Shown here piece by piece: positions 13,556 to 23,919 of a stretch of DNA of 64,000 bases (its first letter is position 1; each line of letters opens with the position of its first letter). The DNA comes from Hemiscyllium ocellatum (taxonomy: Eukaryota), in assembly GCF_020745735.1 (NCBI RefSeq), contig NC_083426.1, positions 12,214,001-12,278,000 of the forward strand, written 5' to 3'. The notes under the pieces were generated by a model, which saw nothing but the letters and a program-made list of their open reading frames with translations, made no database searches and had not been told where the DNA came from. A program made the translations under genes and the position numbers.

Positions 13556-13632
13556 TTACGTTGTCTGGGATGTGATACGCTGGGTACTCTTCACTCTCCT
13601 GGTGATTTCTTGTGTTTCAGTCACAATGTTTG
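13556..13632 (+). pseudogene. Truncated TM exon fused by deletion to the intron preceding a C2 exon
   Basis: YVVWDVIRWVLFTLLVISCVSVTMF, then the sequence switches to TTGGGGAATATTT..., homologous to the V-C2 intron; donor site lost. Confidence 0.85.
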
Positions 13633-13680
13633 TACAATTGGGGAATATTTTAATTTTCTCAAAGAATATTTGTTTTTTTC

Positions 13681-13996
13681 TCTGTTCCTGGACTTTGATT
13701 TTTACCCCAACCAATTGTCTCATGTTCTGGGGGGTCAGTGACAGTCTCCTGTGAATCTGCCCAGGGATCTCTCCCCATTCACTACACATGGTCTGAGAAG
13801 ACTCCATTTCAAGATTCAATGATCTCTGACACCAATAAAGTGGATCTACATTGTCAATCCTTCACACAGAAACATCATCAATATTACTGCACAGCCTCAA
13901 ATACTCAGGGAACAAATCCCAGTGAAATTGTTCATGTCTCAGTTCCCAGTGAAGCAGGGAGGGGCTGTAGTTCCATGATATAAATCAACAGCATCG
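13681..13996 (+). pseudogene. Dead C2b Ig exon copy 2
   Basis: Frame TVSCESAQGSLPIHYTW...YYCTASN...GCSSMI-stop (TAA 13981-13983); splice acceptor deleted. Confidence 0.85.
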
Positions 13997-14969
13997 GTAA
14001 GTTTCCTACAAACACCGAGGCTGACACATTCATTCAATGTTTATTCAAACTGCTCATTGGTTAAGTTTCTTTCATACTTACAAATAACTGCACCTCATCA
14101 CATTATGTCTCTATGATATTTGAACAATTTTGAACAAGGTGTTAACTTATTTATGAGAATGGACAAGATTGTAATAAAGCTTCAGAAAATGCATGCGTGC
14201 TTCACTCCAGCTTTGTGTTACATCTCACAGCTTGTGTATGTTATACCTTTATTAGATAAAGTCATCACTATATCATAGCATGTGACCTGAGGGGATAATG
14301 GTGTCAGAATCCATCATAGTCAGGGTCACATCAAGCATGACATGCTGATGGACGGGTGTCACTGTTTGTAATTGAATACCTCAGTTCCAACCCAGATCCT
14401 GAAGTGTCTCTGGCTGTGAGATATGTTTCGCCAGATACTGGTGTAAATATCTGTTGATTTTTCAGTCCTACAAAATCCACGTCTTGTTCTCATGTAACAG
14501 GAGCTAACGTAAAGATGACATCATTGGGTCTAAATACAATAGTGGAGGCAAAGGTCCCAGTGGAAGCTCACCCAGCAATCACAGGATATTACTGGGCAGA
14601 GCAGGGGCTGCTGGATCCCCCAGGAATACATTGTCCAGTGGGAGCAGTGACCAGCTCAGTGGCTGGAACTTTCTTTTATGTTTGACAAGGATGAGAAAGG
14701 GGAATATAGTCTCACCAAATTCAGGCTTTCAAATGCTTTAATAAAAATACAGGAGCATCAGTGTCCAGGAAAGGAACAAAATACAAGTTTTAGGGAAACT
14801 CGGTCACTACCACATCTCTCCAGACAGGCGGGGGGGGGTTAGAGACAAATGAATTCAACAAAATCCATGATTCACAACAAGTCCTGAGGTTCCATTGGTG
14901 AGGAGAGCTCTCTTGGTTGTCTGTCACTGAGTCTCAGATGAAGCTGAATATTACCTTATGTCTCAATAG

Positions 14970-15102
14970 GAAGTGAATATACTTGTGACAAATCCACAAC
15001 AATATCACCAACAACATCAACTACAATATCATCAACAACTTCACCAACAATATCACCAACAACAACAGGAATATCTTCAGAACCCAAGTCTGTCAGTAAA
15101 AG
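14970..15102 (+). CDS. Mucin-like stalk exon of the headless unit (SEYTCDKSTTISPTTSTTISSTTSPTISPTTTGISSEPKSVSK)
   Basis: ctcaatag acceptor and AG|gtagaa donor, phase 1 to 2, open frame; no upstream V/leader in its own unit, so functional status is uncertain. Confidence 0.65.
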
Positions 15103-15971
15103 GTAGAACAATTTCATTGCTAATGTTTCCATCAGCATTGATTCCAGTGAGAATAAGTGACTGAGCATAGGCTTGCAATAAGTTTCAATTTTAGGTGATA
15201 ACTTATCAGAATGTCAATGGTCACCGATTTCATGCAATGTCATTATGTTTGTTTCCTTATTGGTGAGCTGAAGGTGAGATTTTCTGACTGTTTTAACTTT
15301 AGTTTTAATTAGCAAAGGGGTTCAATTTCCAGGTCGTAACATTTACAATGTGGTTATTTACGTTATTGGACATTCATAACAGGAAATGCCAATTTTCTGT
15401 TTGCCCCATCCAGTTTAAATGCTTCATTATTCACCTAAGCTCATGGTGTTGTTTATGTCAAAGAAGTGACAGATTTTGTTGAGCCAGGGCGTCTGGAGTA
15501 TCACTGCCAGGGACATTGCATTCTCTAGCACCTTCTCCTCCTCCGGTCACTCATGTTAAACATTATTCCCAAACTGAGAGGGTGGGAGGCTGTCTGGTTC
15601 CAGCTGGTTAAGCCTTGCCTGTTAGAAGGTGCAGGAGCAGTGTGGGATGATGCTATTCCTCACTCACTGAAGAGACTTCTCACCCACTGGAATATTACAC
15701 CAGACTGCAATGCTCCTGCAAATATCCATCCACATCTAATAATCCTCATTGACAACAAGATGCTGAGCATGACAGGACGTGGAACTGAAACTTGTTACAT
15801 TTGGCCTTTATATATTGTTTCAGTCAATCAAAAATTAAATTGTAAATTAATTTTAGCTGTGCTGCTTTATTTTGCTCCAATATACTGCAGTGTGAACAGG
15901 GGATAAATGTTTAAAACATCAAACAATCTTCTTTCCTTCAAATGATTTTGTGTTTCTTCTGTTTTACACAG

Positions 15972-16062
15972 TTACATTGTCTGGGATGTGATACGCTGGG
16001 TACTCTTCACTCTCCTGGTGATTTGTTCTGTTTCAGTCACAATGTTTACACGAAAACATGAG
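15972..16062 (+). CDS. TM exon of the headless unit (YIVWDVIRWVLFTLLVICSVSVTMFTRKHE), open-ended
   Basis: Intact acceptor and GAG|gtgagc donor, 91 nt, phase 2 to 0. Confidence 0.65.
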
Positions 16063-19000
16063 GTGAGCATCATGGCCTTTACAAGAATGATTTTGAGCAC
16101 TCTAAGTTCCCCATCAATGAGGTGGCCCTGGGTGGAGGGGTTTTGAAGCAGGAGACACAGTTTGAGAAGCATGGGTTGACCATTTGGGACTGAGATGAGC
16201 AGGAATTTCTTCACGCAGAGGGTGATGGTTTGTTGGAATTCTCTGCCCCAGAGAGCTCGGGAGGGTCCAGCCTTGAGTACATTCGAAACAGAGATTAATA
16301 ATGTTCTGGGTAATAAAGATATGTAGGGAAATGGCAGTAGTGCAAGTAAAATGGTATTCAGGTGGAAGATCTGCTCTGATCCAGGTGAATGCTGAGGGAC
16401 CCTCGAGGGGCTGAATGGCTTACTCTGTTCCTGCCTCATCTCTCTCCATGGTGGCCTCATGCTGTTTAATGCTGTCATTGTACCAGCCTCCCCCATTTCG
16501 TCTGACAGATCATTTCACACACATGCCCACCCTTTGCGCGAAAAAGTTACTCCTCGGGTCATTTTGAAATAATTTCCCTCTCACTTTCAAACTGTGCCCT
16601 CTAGGTCTGGACACCCCCATTGAGGAAAAACACCTTGGCTGTTCACCCTGTCCATGCCCTCATTTAAACCTTATTGGATCACATAGTCATGTGTCCTAAT
16701 CTGGAATGAAGACAATGTAAATGCTGTTGGGTAGAGAGACAAGTGAGTTAGTGTGTAATAGTTTGATTGGATGGAACCTTGTTATCTGTTAAAATCATAA
16801 AATATGTTTGTGGCTGTCCAAACGATTTGATCTATTCAGCATTTATTGGTGTGAACAGCTCCCACACAGACATTAATAAATATTTTTAAACTACGAAACC
16901 TGAGTCTTGTCTGATCTAAAGAGGAAATTCAGGGGAGGATTGGGGCAAATAAGGGCTTTGTAATTCTCAAAGACATGGGTCTGATGGGAAATTAGGGACA
17001 TAATGGCTATAGAGAGAGGAAATGAACAGAAATGGTGAGGTGACAAAAGATCATTGGATCCACAGGGACAGCAACAATAAAGAGAGAAAGAAGGATCATT
17101 CTACATCACAGGTAGAGTCTGCTGTTAATTCACAGAAACACCCCACTCCCAGTGTCTGCAGGATATGGAGCACCTTATCGAAGCTACTAATAGTTCTGAA
17201 GAATGATCAACGGACCCACAACTCTGCTTTCTCTCCACAGACACAGTCAGACCTGCTGTGTTTCTCCAGCAATTTCTGTTTTTGTCACAAAAACATTCAG
17301 TTGACACTTCACCAATCCTGACCCAGTTGCTGCACAATAACTGTGTAAAATGATTGACACCAGCTTACAGAGTGCATGTGGAGTCAGTTATTCAGATTTT
17401 GGGATGGGGAGGTGAAGGGCAAGGGGGCGAATGTAAAATTCTATGAATTTGAAGTCTAGTCAGGGAAATTTCATCCACCGTGCATCCACTGAGTCAGTCC
17501 TACCACTGGCATCAAATCACACTTCAACAACAGGTCACTCAATGTCCCAAAATAAACATGACAGGTGATGGCCTTTAGCAATCATTGACTACAACATTGT
17601 TCACCTTCGGTGTCTCATTAATGAGGCGAATGTAATCAGTCAAGCACATTTAAAAGGGCCACTTGGGTTTGGGGTCTTCCATGCTGTCAGTGGAAGACAG
17701 CAATTCTCAGCTGCCACCTTCACACACTGAGTTGTAAGTCTGTGACGACATCGACTATAATGTGCAATGGTGATGTATTTCTGACAGAAATGGTCAGTGG
17801 AGAGGCTTTCTGGAAAGGCAGGGTGGGGACAGTTTTCTTAGAACCCACATCAGTGTTAATCAACAGGATATTGTGGGTGGCACACTCTGGGTCATTCAAG
17901 ACTGTACTGAGAGTTTACAGACCCAGCCCTGTGATCACAATCTCTGGGAAGGAATCCTCCTGGGACAGGCTCATGTCCATGTTGTGGGTGGATCACTGCA
18001 CTATTCCAGAGCAAATGGGACATCCATCCGAATGAGGGAGGGGCTTTGTGGCAGCTCCAGGTCCTGCAATTGTTTGTCTCAGAAGAACGGTCTTTTAAAA
18101 ACTGCTGAGTGACCGTCTACCAGGATATGGCTTTGACACTGAGCAAGTCACTTTACAGGATGCCTGACAATTAGACCAAATATTCTTCACTTGGTTAATA
18201 ACTGCTGCCAGATTTTTCAATCTGGTCCTATTTTTCCAACTGATTCTACAGTGTCCATGTCATTCAGGGGCTGAGGGATCTCTGCTCTCTGTTTCTGACA
18301 CTCAGACACTGGTGACCTGACAGCAGAGGGGTTTCATCCCCATTGGAGTATTAACCCCCAAATGTTTACAAGTGTTCTTTAGGAGTTTACCCAACATATA
18401 GTTTCTGTTTCCCAGACAGAGCATTGCGATGGTCCTCGTTGGTTCAGTCTCTGGGGAATGATTCCAGTGACTCTCCTTCCATATTAAGGGTTAAGGTGGG
18501 GGCACTGCCTTCAGCATTGTGGCTGGGAGTGAGCAGGGTTGATGAAGGGTGTCAGTCCCTTTGATCTTCTCAAAGGTGAAACCCAGCATGGTTCTCCAGA
18601 CTCACTCATCATCAACCATGTCCTGGCGAATACAAACCCCAATGTCAGTCAGTTCACCAGAAGGATCCTCACCTTGGAACTGAAGCTCACTCCCAGTTAC
18701 TCAATCACAGTTCACATCCCCCTGAATTTTCTCTCTGTCGGTTGAGTTTCATTCTCTTCCTGAAATCGGCCCCAGAACCTTTTACTTGAATCTTGTGGAA
18801 ATCGAGCAGAGGATGTCCTTCTCCTGCCCATCGGGGAGTTCAGATCCTGACACAATAATTATTCAGCACTGACGATCGGAGGCATATTCTGCAGACAAAA
18901 TATTCAAAAGAGTTCTATTTTTAGCTGAAGGCTTAACTTTCGCAAGCTAATTCTACGTCTGTCCAAAACTGCAGGTTGAAATTTCCTAACATGGGACAAT

Positions 19001-19202
19001 GAGACAGTTGTCATTCAAATGAGATTTCAGTATAATTAATGAGCTTGGGTCAACATTATCCTGAGCACCTGATGCGTTAACTGCCTTGATTTCAGAATTT
19101 TCTGTTCATTCAATGAAAATTCTTTAGCTCTGTTAAACATAACCAAGGAGAAAAATCTCTTCACGATTAAATTTCACTGGCTCACTCTGGTTTCAGAAGC
19201 TG

Positions 19203-19223
19203 GCTTCCTGTTTCCTCTTCCTC
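19203..19223 (-). promoter_or_regulatory. Three tandem ETS-type GGAA cores about 105-120 bp upstream of the gene B ATG
   Basis: TTCC at 19205, 19212 and 19218 (reverse complement GAGGAAGAGGAAACAGGAAG). Motif match only. Confidence 0.3.
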
Positions 19224-19325
19224 GTTTAACTTCTTGTAGACATTGCATTACACAGTATCTCAATGTGAGAAACAAGAGCTGAGAGACTGACATCAAGAAC
19301 TGAACTGATCTTTGTGAACAAAACG

Positions 19326-19362
19326 ATGTGGACTTTGATTCTCCTCATTTGTTCTATTCCCG
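19326..19362 (+). CDS. Gene B exon 1, signal peptide (MWTLILLICSIP)
   Basis: ATG with hydrophobic core, phase-1 donor G|gtgagt; joins in frame to the V exon, giving PVSGALWAEK. Confidence 0.85.
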
Positions 19363-19661
19363 GTGAGTGACCATCTGAGTTGTATATTCAGATAATCCAC
19401 ATATGTTGAAATCCACTGTGTTATAAAGTAGAAATGTTTAAATATTTGAAGATATATAATTGGAAAAGGGAGAGCTTGTGACACAGTGGGTAACATCGTT
19501 ATTGCTGTGGCAAATGCTGAGAGTTCAATTCTTACAAAAGTACACTTTTCAAAGGAATGTGTCTTCTCACAAAGCCAAACTGGTTCATTTTCAACCTACA
19601 AATCTTTCCAACATACAGAGAACAGGGCTGGGTGAGATTCCACATCAGTCTTTTCCAATGC

Positions 19662-19864
19662 GCACTTAAAAATCATACAAAACAAAGATTTAGTCCAGCA
19701 GGTTTATTTGGAAGCACTAGCTTTCAGAGCACTGCTCCTTCATCAGGTGAACACAACCATTTGAAAGTTCTTCGAAAGTTAATGCTTCCAAATAAACCTG
19801 TTGAACTATAAACTGGTGTTGTGTGATTTGTCTACCCCAGTCCAACAACGGCACCTCATGGTTA
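19662..19864. mobile_element. Short Penelope-like insert (inverted halves) in gene B intron 1
   Basis: 8-bp TSD TCCAATGC (19654-19661 / 19865-19872); empty site in paralogs at ~38.77 and ~46.64 kb. Confidence 0.75.
19715..19749 (-). ncRNA. Minimal type I hammerhead ribozyme motif (Penelope-associated type)
   Basis: Minus strand reads CAC-CUGAUGA-A-GGAGC-AGU-GCUCU-GAAA-G-CUA-GUG: intact core, 5-bp stem II, palindromic AGCU stem III, CUA cleavage triplet, 3-bp stem I. Confidence 0.6.
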
Positions 19865-21614
19865 TCCAATGCAGAGTGACACCCCTCACATCACAGCAAC
19901 TGGCTTCAGGCTGGTGACAAGCTGCAGAAAACAGACACAGCAAGGACTTTGTCTGCTCCATGTGTCTCTAAATATGGACGCCATTGAATTTTAAATGAAC
20001 AAACATAAAAGTACATGAACAACATCACAAAATGTAGTAATTCTACTAAACACTTTATAATCCCATGCTGCAGAGTTCCCAAATAATTTAAAGCAGCATA
20101 ATGAATTATGAATTAAATTAAAAGGGAACCATAACAGTTTTTTTCAGTGAGAAAAAGGGCACAATTATTTTGATTTGACTGAAATTTTCAATTTTCAATA
20201 CACTCTGAAAAGTGTATGAGTAATAAGCCCTCAAACAAAACATCTTGAGTTTGCTTTTATTTCTTTTATTTTTGAAGATCGATTCATTAAATATTGCTCT
20301 GTGAGGCTCAGTCACAAAAGGAGATGGTTGGTTTATATTTCTCTTCACTTAGAAAAGCCTTTTTCCTTTCAGTCTAACTTGAATCAAGTTGTTTGCTCTT
20401 ATTCAATTCCATTGATTTACACAGTACAATCAAGTTAATGCTCATCATTGCAAGCGCTCCATTAATGATAAAGAAATGTTTGAAAGACTCAAGAATAAAA
20501 TTCTCAGTGTCGCTTTCCCCTCGGCTACAGCTCTGTGAATTCTGTTACATGAAAATTCCCTGAAATGTTTTGTGGCTCCAGCCCACCAACTTCATGCAGA
20601 ATACTTCATGGACAGAAATCATAAACATGCATCTCTCTGCTTTCACAATTCTCTCTCTTTCAAGTCTTCCTCTTTCCAATAAGGTCTCTGTCTCCAAACC
20701 AGCATCATTTGTAATCATTCACGTATCTCCCTCCCTTTCATCTCAGATCTCCACCTCTTCACTTACATTTAAAATCCTTTGTTATTTTACTCAAGAATTG
20801 TTCACCACACAAAGGGCAGTTCTCCCAACAAAACTGTTGGTCTGGCATTTATTGAAGTAAAGTCTACGCTGTCATCAACAGGCTTCTCCTCGTCAACACC
20901 AGGACATAATGTGGCAGCAATTTCAACATTTTCTCATGAACCATCTCTCTGGCACAATCAGTAAATTACTTCTGTTATTTTATTATCCATACAATGACAA
21001 CAATATGTGATTATAAATAATCCTGCCTTTACTGCCCTCAAGATCTTCCACATTGATCTCTCTCCCATCGTGAACCATCCCTTGCTGAACTTTAATTCTC
21101 TTCCTTTCCCACTTGAGGTCTCTCATCATCTTCCTGGGTCACCTGTTGTCTTGGCCCCTTGAGCCCTGAAAATGCAGCCCCTGAGCCCACCACGAGTCCA
21201 CACACACACCTCTCCTCCCTGGATGAAACCGTCCTTCTCCAGTCGGAGTAAGGACCCTTCAGCACCTATCCCCTCCTTCACACTGATCCTCAGCCGACTC
21301 CAATCCAGGCCTGTCACTCAGGCTGCTCTCCAGGGGTCAACATTTCGATGATGTCACACACGGTGGGGTTAGAGCCCACAGCGGGCAGCACAAACCCAAT
21401 TTCAAGATTGTCCCAAAGTTCGACCAGGGAGGTAAGAAAATATCCCGACTGTTTCAATCATTCCCTGGGAATATGGAACAGCCTGAGGCTCGGATAAGGG
21501 TTTATATTAATGATTACCTTCATCATGAACTGGATGGAATGTAGCTGATTAAAACATATCTGTTTGTAATATGCAGTTCTTTCCAGTTAAGTTTCTGAAA
21601 CATAGTCTCCTCAG

Positions 21615-21929
21615 TTTCAGGTGCTTTATGGGCAGAGAAAGGTGTAACGGGAATTTTGGGAAGAGCGATCACAATATCTTGTCACTACGAAGCACGGTGG
21701 TACCAGTCACACAAGAAATATTGGTGTCTCGGATGGACTCGTCTGTGTAAGGTTATAGCAACGACAAATTGGCCAAATGGGAGAATATCAATCACTGACA
21801 ACAAAACACAAGGAATATTTCTTGTCACAATCACGAATCTTCAACAGGGAGATGCAGGATGGTACAGCTGTGGGATCGAGACTTTTGGCCATGACCCGAT
21901 GTTTAATGTAAAGCTGCACATTTCTGACG
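21615..21929 (+). CDS. Gene B exon 2, pIgR/CD300-like V-type Ig domain
   Basis: VSGALWAEKGVTGILGRAITISCHY...KYWCLGWTRLC...DAGWYSCG; canonical B/F Cys, second C-x6-C disulfide typical of the pIgR/CD300 family; phase 1-1, 315 nt. An alternative acceptor lies 6 nt downstream at 21621. Confidence 0.92.
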
Positions 21930-22060
21930 GTACGTGACTCACTTTGTTTTAAATTACTCTCTGCTGATATGTCTGATCAGTGTTTTATCCAGGAAGAAAA
22001 GTGACAAAGTGTTGGGGAATATTTGATTTTTCTCACAGAATAATTGTTTCTTTCCCACAG

Positions 22061-22384
22061 AAGCTGTCTCTGTTCCTGGGCTTCGATTTTTATCCCAACC
22101 AAATGTGTCATGTTCTGGGGGTTCAGTGACAATCTCCTGTGATTCTGCCCGGGGATCCCTCCCCATTCACTACACATGGTCTGAGAAGATGCCATCACAA
22201 GATTCAAAGATCTCTGACACCAATAAACTGGATCTACATTGTCAATCCTTCACACAGCAACATCATCAATATTACTGCACAGCCTCAAATACTCAGGGAA
22301 CAAAATCCAGTGAAATTGTTCATGTGTCAGTCAACAATGTAAGAGAGAAGAACTGCAGTTATAGGATACAGATCAACAGCATCA
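22061..22384 (+). CDS. Gene B exon 3, C2-type (FcR-like) Ig domain plus Cys linker
   Basis: tttcccacag acceptor; SCDSARGSLPIHYTW...YYCTASN...NCSYRIQINSI; A|gtaagt donor; 324 nt, phase 1-1. Confidence 0.9.
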
Positions 22385-23919
22385 GTAAGTGTGATGTAAA
22401 CAATGTTTGTTTATTATCTCACTCTGGGAAACTATAATTGATAAAATGCACTCCATTTGTTTTCATTGTCAGTTCTGAACAAAGCCAATGGCTTGCCCTA
22501 TACTTGGAAAATGAGCAAGGACAGAAAGTCCTACCCACAGCATAGAGAGTCATTGCAACATCTCCAATGATCCCAGCAAATTAAAATAGCATTTGATTGT
22601 CAAAACAATTTGCTTTTTTCTTACAGAAAGAATTATTAAATTAAGTCAGTGACTGTTGTGTGCAGATTTAGGACAAATATTGGGGACAGATTGAAGATCA
22701 GTTGCACAAATGAAGTACAGAGAAACCTCAATTATCTGAACGTCGATGATACTAATTTCGGGTTATCCAAACAGGTTCTCAAGGGCCTGATGCTTTGGTG
22801 AACTGTATTGTCCAAACATTCAATTATCCAGACAAAACATTCCCTTCCCGAGTCATTTGGATTATCAAGGGCCCTCTGTATATGTAAATATTTCCTGCAG
22901 CCATTTCCTGATCTGATCTGTTTGAGCTGTCAGAGAAGAAGCAAGTCAGCATCAAGACGAAGTGACACACGGGACATGTATTTGGAACTATCAGCAGTAG
23001 CTCATGTGGCTGCACTCTGACTTTTTAATGCCAGCATGTTGGGGGTTCCAGTTCCCCTTCGGGGTTAAAATCCAGCTGGATCCCACTGCCCAGCAGAGAG
23101 AAGTAATGCTGTGCTGTGGCAGGTGAGACAGTGTTGATGAGGCGATAAACTAAGAACCTGTTCCCCCTTTAGGAATGGCACCATTTGTAAACTAATTACA
23201 GAATAGAGGTTCTCCTAGTGTCTGAGCAAGCATTCATTCCTCAATCAATGTTACTAAAAACAATCAGATTTTTGAGAGAATTATTTCAATGCTATTTGGC
23301 TGCAGTAATTTAAGTTTGAGATATTGTTGCATTCCAACTGTTTGTTTCCATCTCCTCAGATCCTGTAATGTACCAAAACCCATCTGATTCATTGATGTTC
23401 TTTAGGGAAGGAAATCTCTAGCCTTTTCCAGGTCTGCTCCACTTGGGACTCCAGCAATGTGGTTTATTCTTAAACTGCCCTCTACAAAAGGTTTAGAAAG
23501 TCACTCAGTCGGGGTAATTAGGAATGAACAACAAAATCTAGCCATTAAAGACCAAAAGATCGAGAATTAACAGTTTATTTGTTGCAGAAATAATTCACAT
23601 AAAACACACCCAAGCCGTATTGCCTGTGTACCTGTTGGAGATGGGGAACTTCATCTGTCTACCTCATAGATCCTTATGGTTCAGTTGATGGAAAATCTTT
23701 GGTGGGTTATGTGTCTATAGATGAGGTTTCCCATTATTCCTGCAAGATCAGAAAACCATCTCAAGAGGGTGGAAGTGACCACTGTCTATGTCGGCAAGTG
23801 ACAGTTCCATGTGAAACCCGTGGTTTTAAACAAGTGGGATATCTGGGTGCAGTTACCAGCCCAAACCCTTTAACAAACCCAATGGAACACACCAACTCTC
23901 AGATTCAGGGATAAAAGTA

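Noticed and set aside
14290-14700. Antisense frame with weak cadherin-like wording (LTARDTSGSGLELRYSI), duplicated at 26.5 kb
   Set aside because: Interrupted by stops, no splice structure, and similarity too weak to support by eye.
14956-15168. Poly-Gln/His ORF (14973-15164) and Asp/Val-rich antisense ORFs (also 27131-27457, 62355-62681)
   Set aside because: Shadow frames of the mucin-stalk repeat; only the S/T frame fits the splice phases.
15553-15906. Recurrent ORF MLNIIPKLRGWEAVWFQLVKPCLL... (also ~3.06, 27.84 and 62.92 kb)
   Set aside because: Similarity is explained by unit duplication. Copies differ by frameshifts and I found no phase-compatible splice sites; the stalk and TM exons join without it.
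16973-16984. Alternative tail ACA TGG GTC TGA giving ...HETWV-stop, a class I PDZ-type end (TWL at 40743)
   Set aside because: Requires a weak AAG acceptor, lies in what looks like 3'UTR, and belongs to headless or disconnected units.
17780-18690. Coding-looking block repeated at 36.1-37.1 and 44.0-45.0 kb with ORFs on both strands
   Set aside because: Multiple stops and no recognisable motif; possibly an old TE or pseudogene. A tBLASTx/HMM search would be needed, so no call is made.
21615-21929. Rearranging Ig/TCR/IgNAR V segment
   Set aside because: The V exon encodes the complete G strand and ends in a splice donor, with no recombination signal sequence. It has the pIgR/CD300-type second disulfide.
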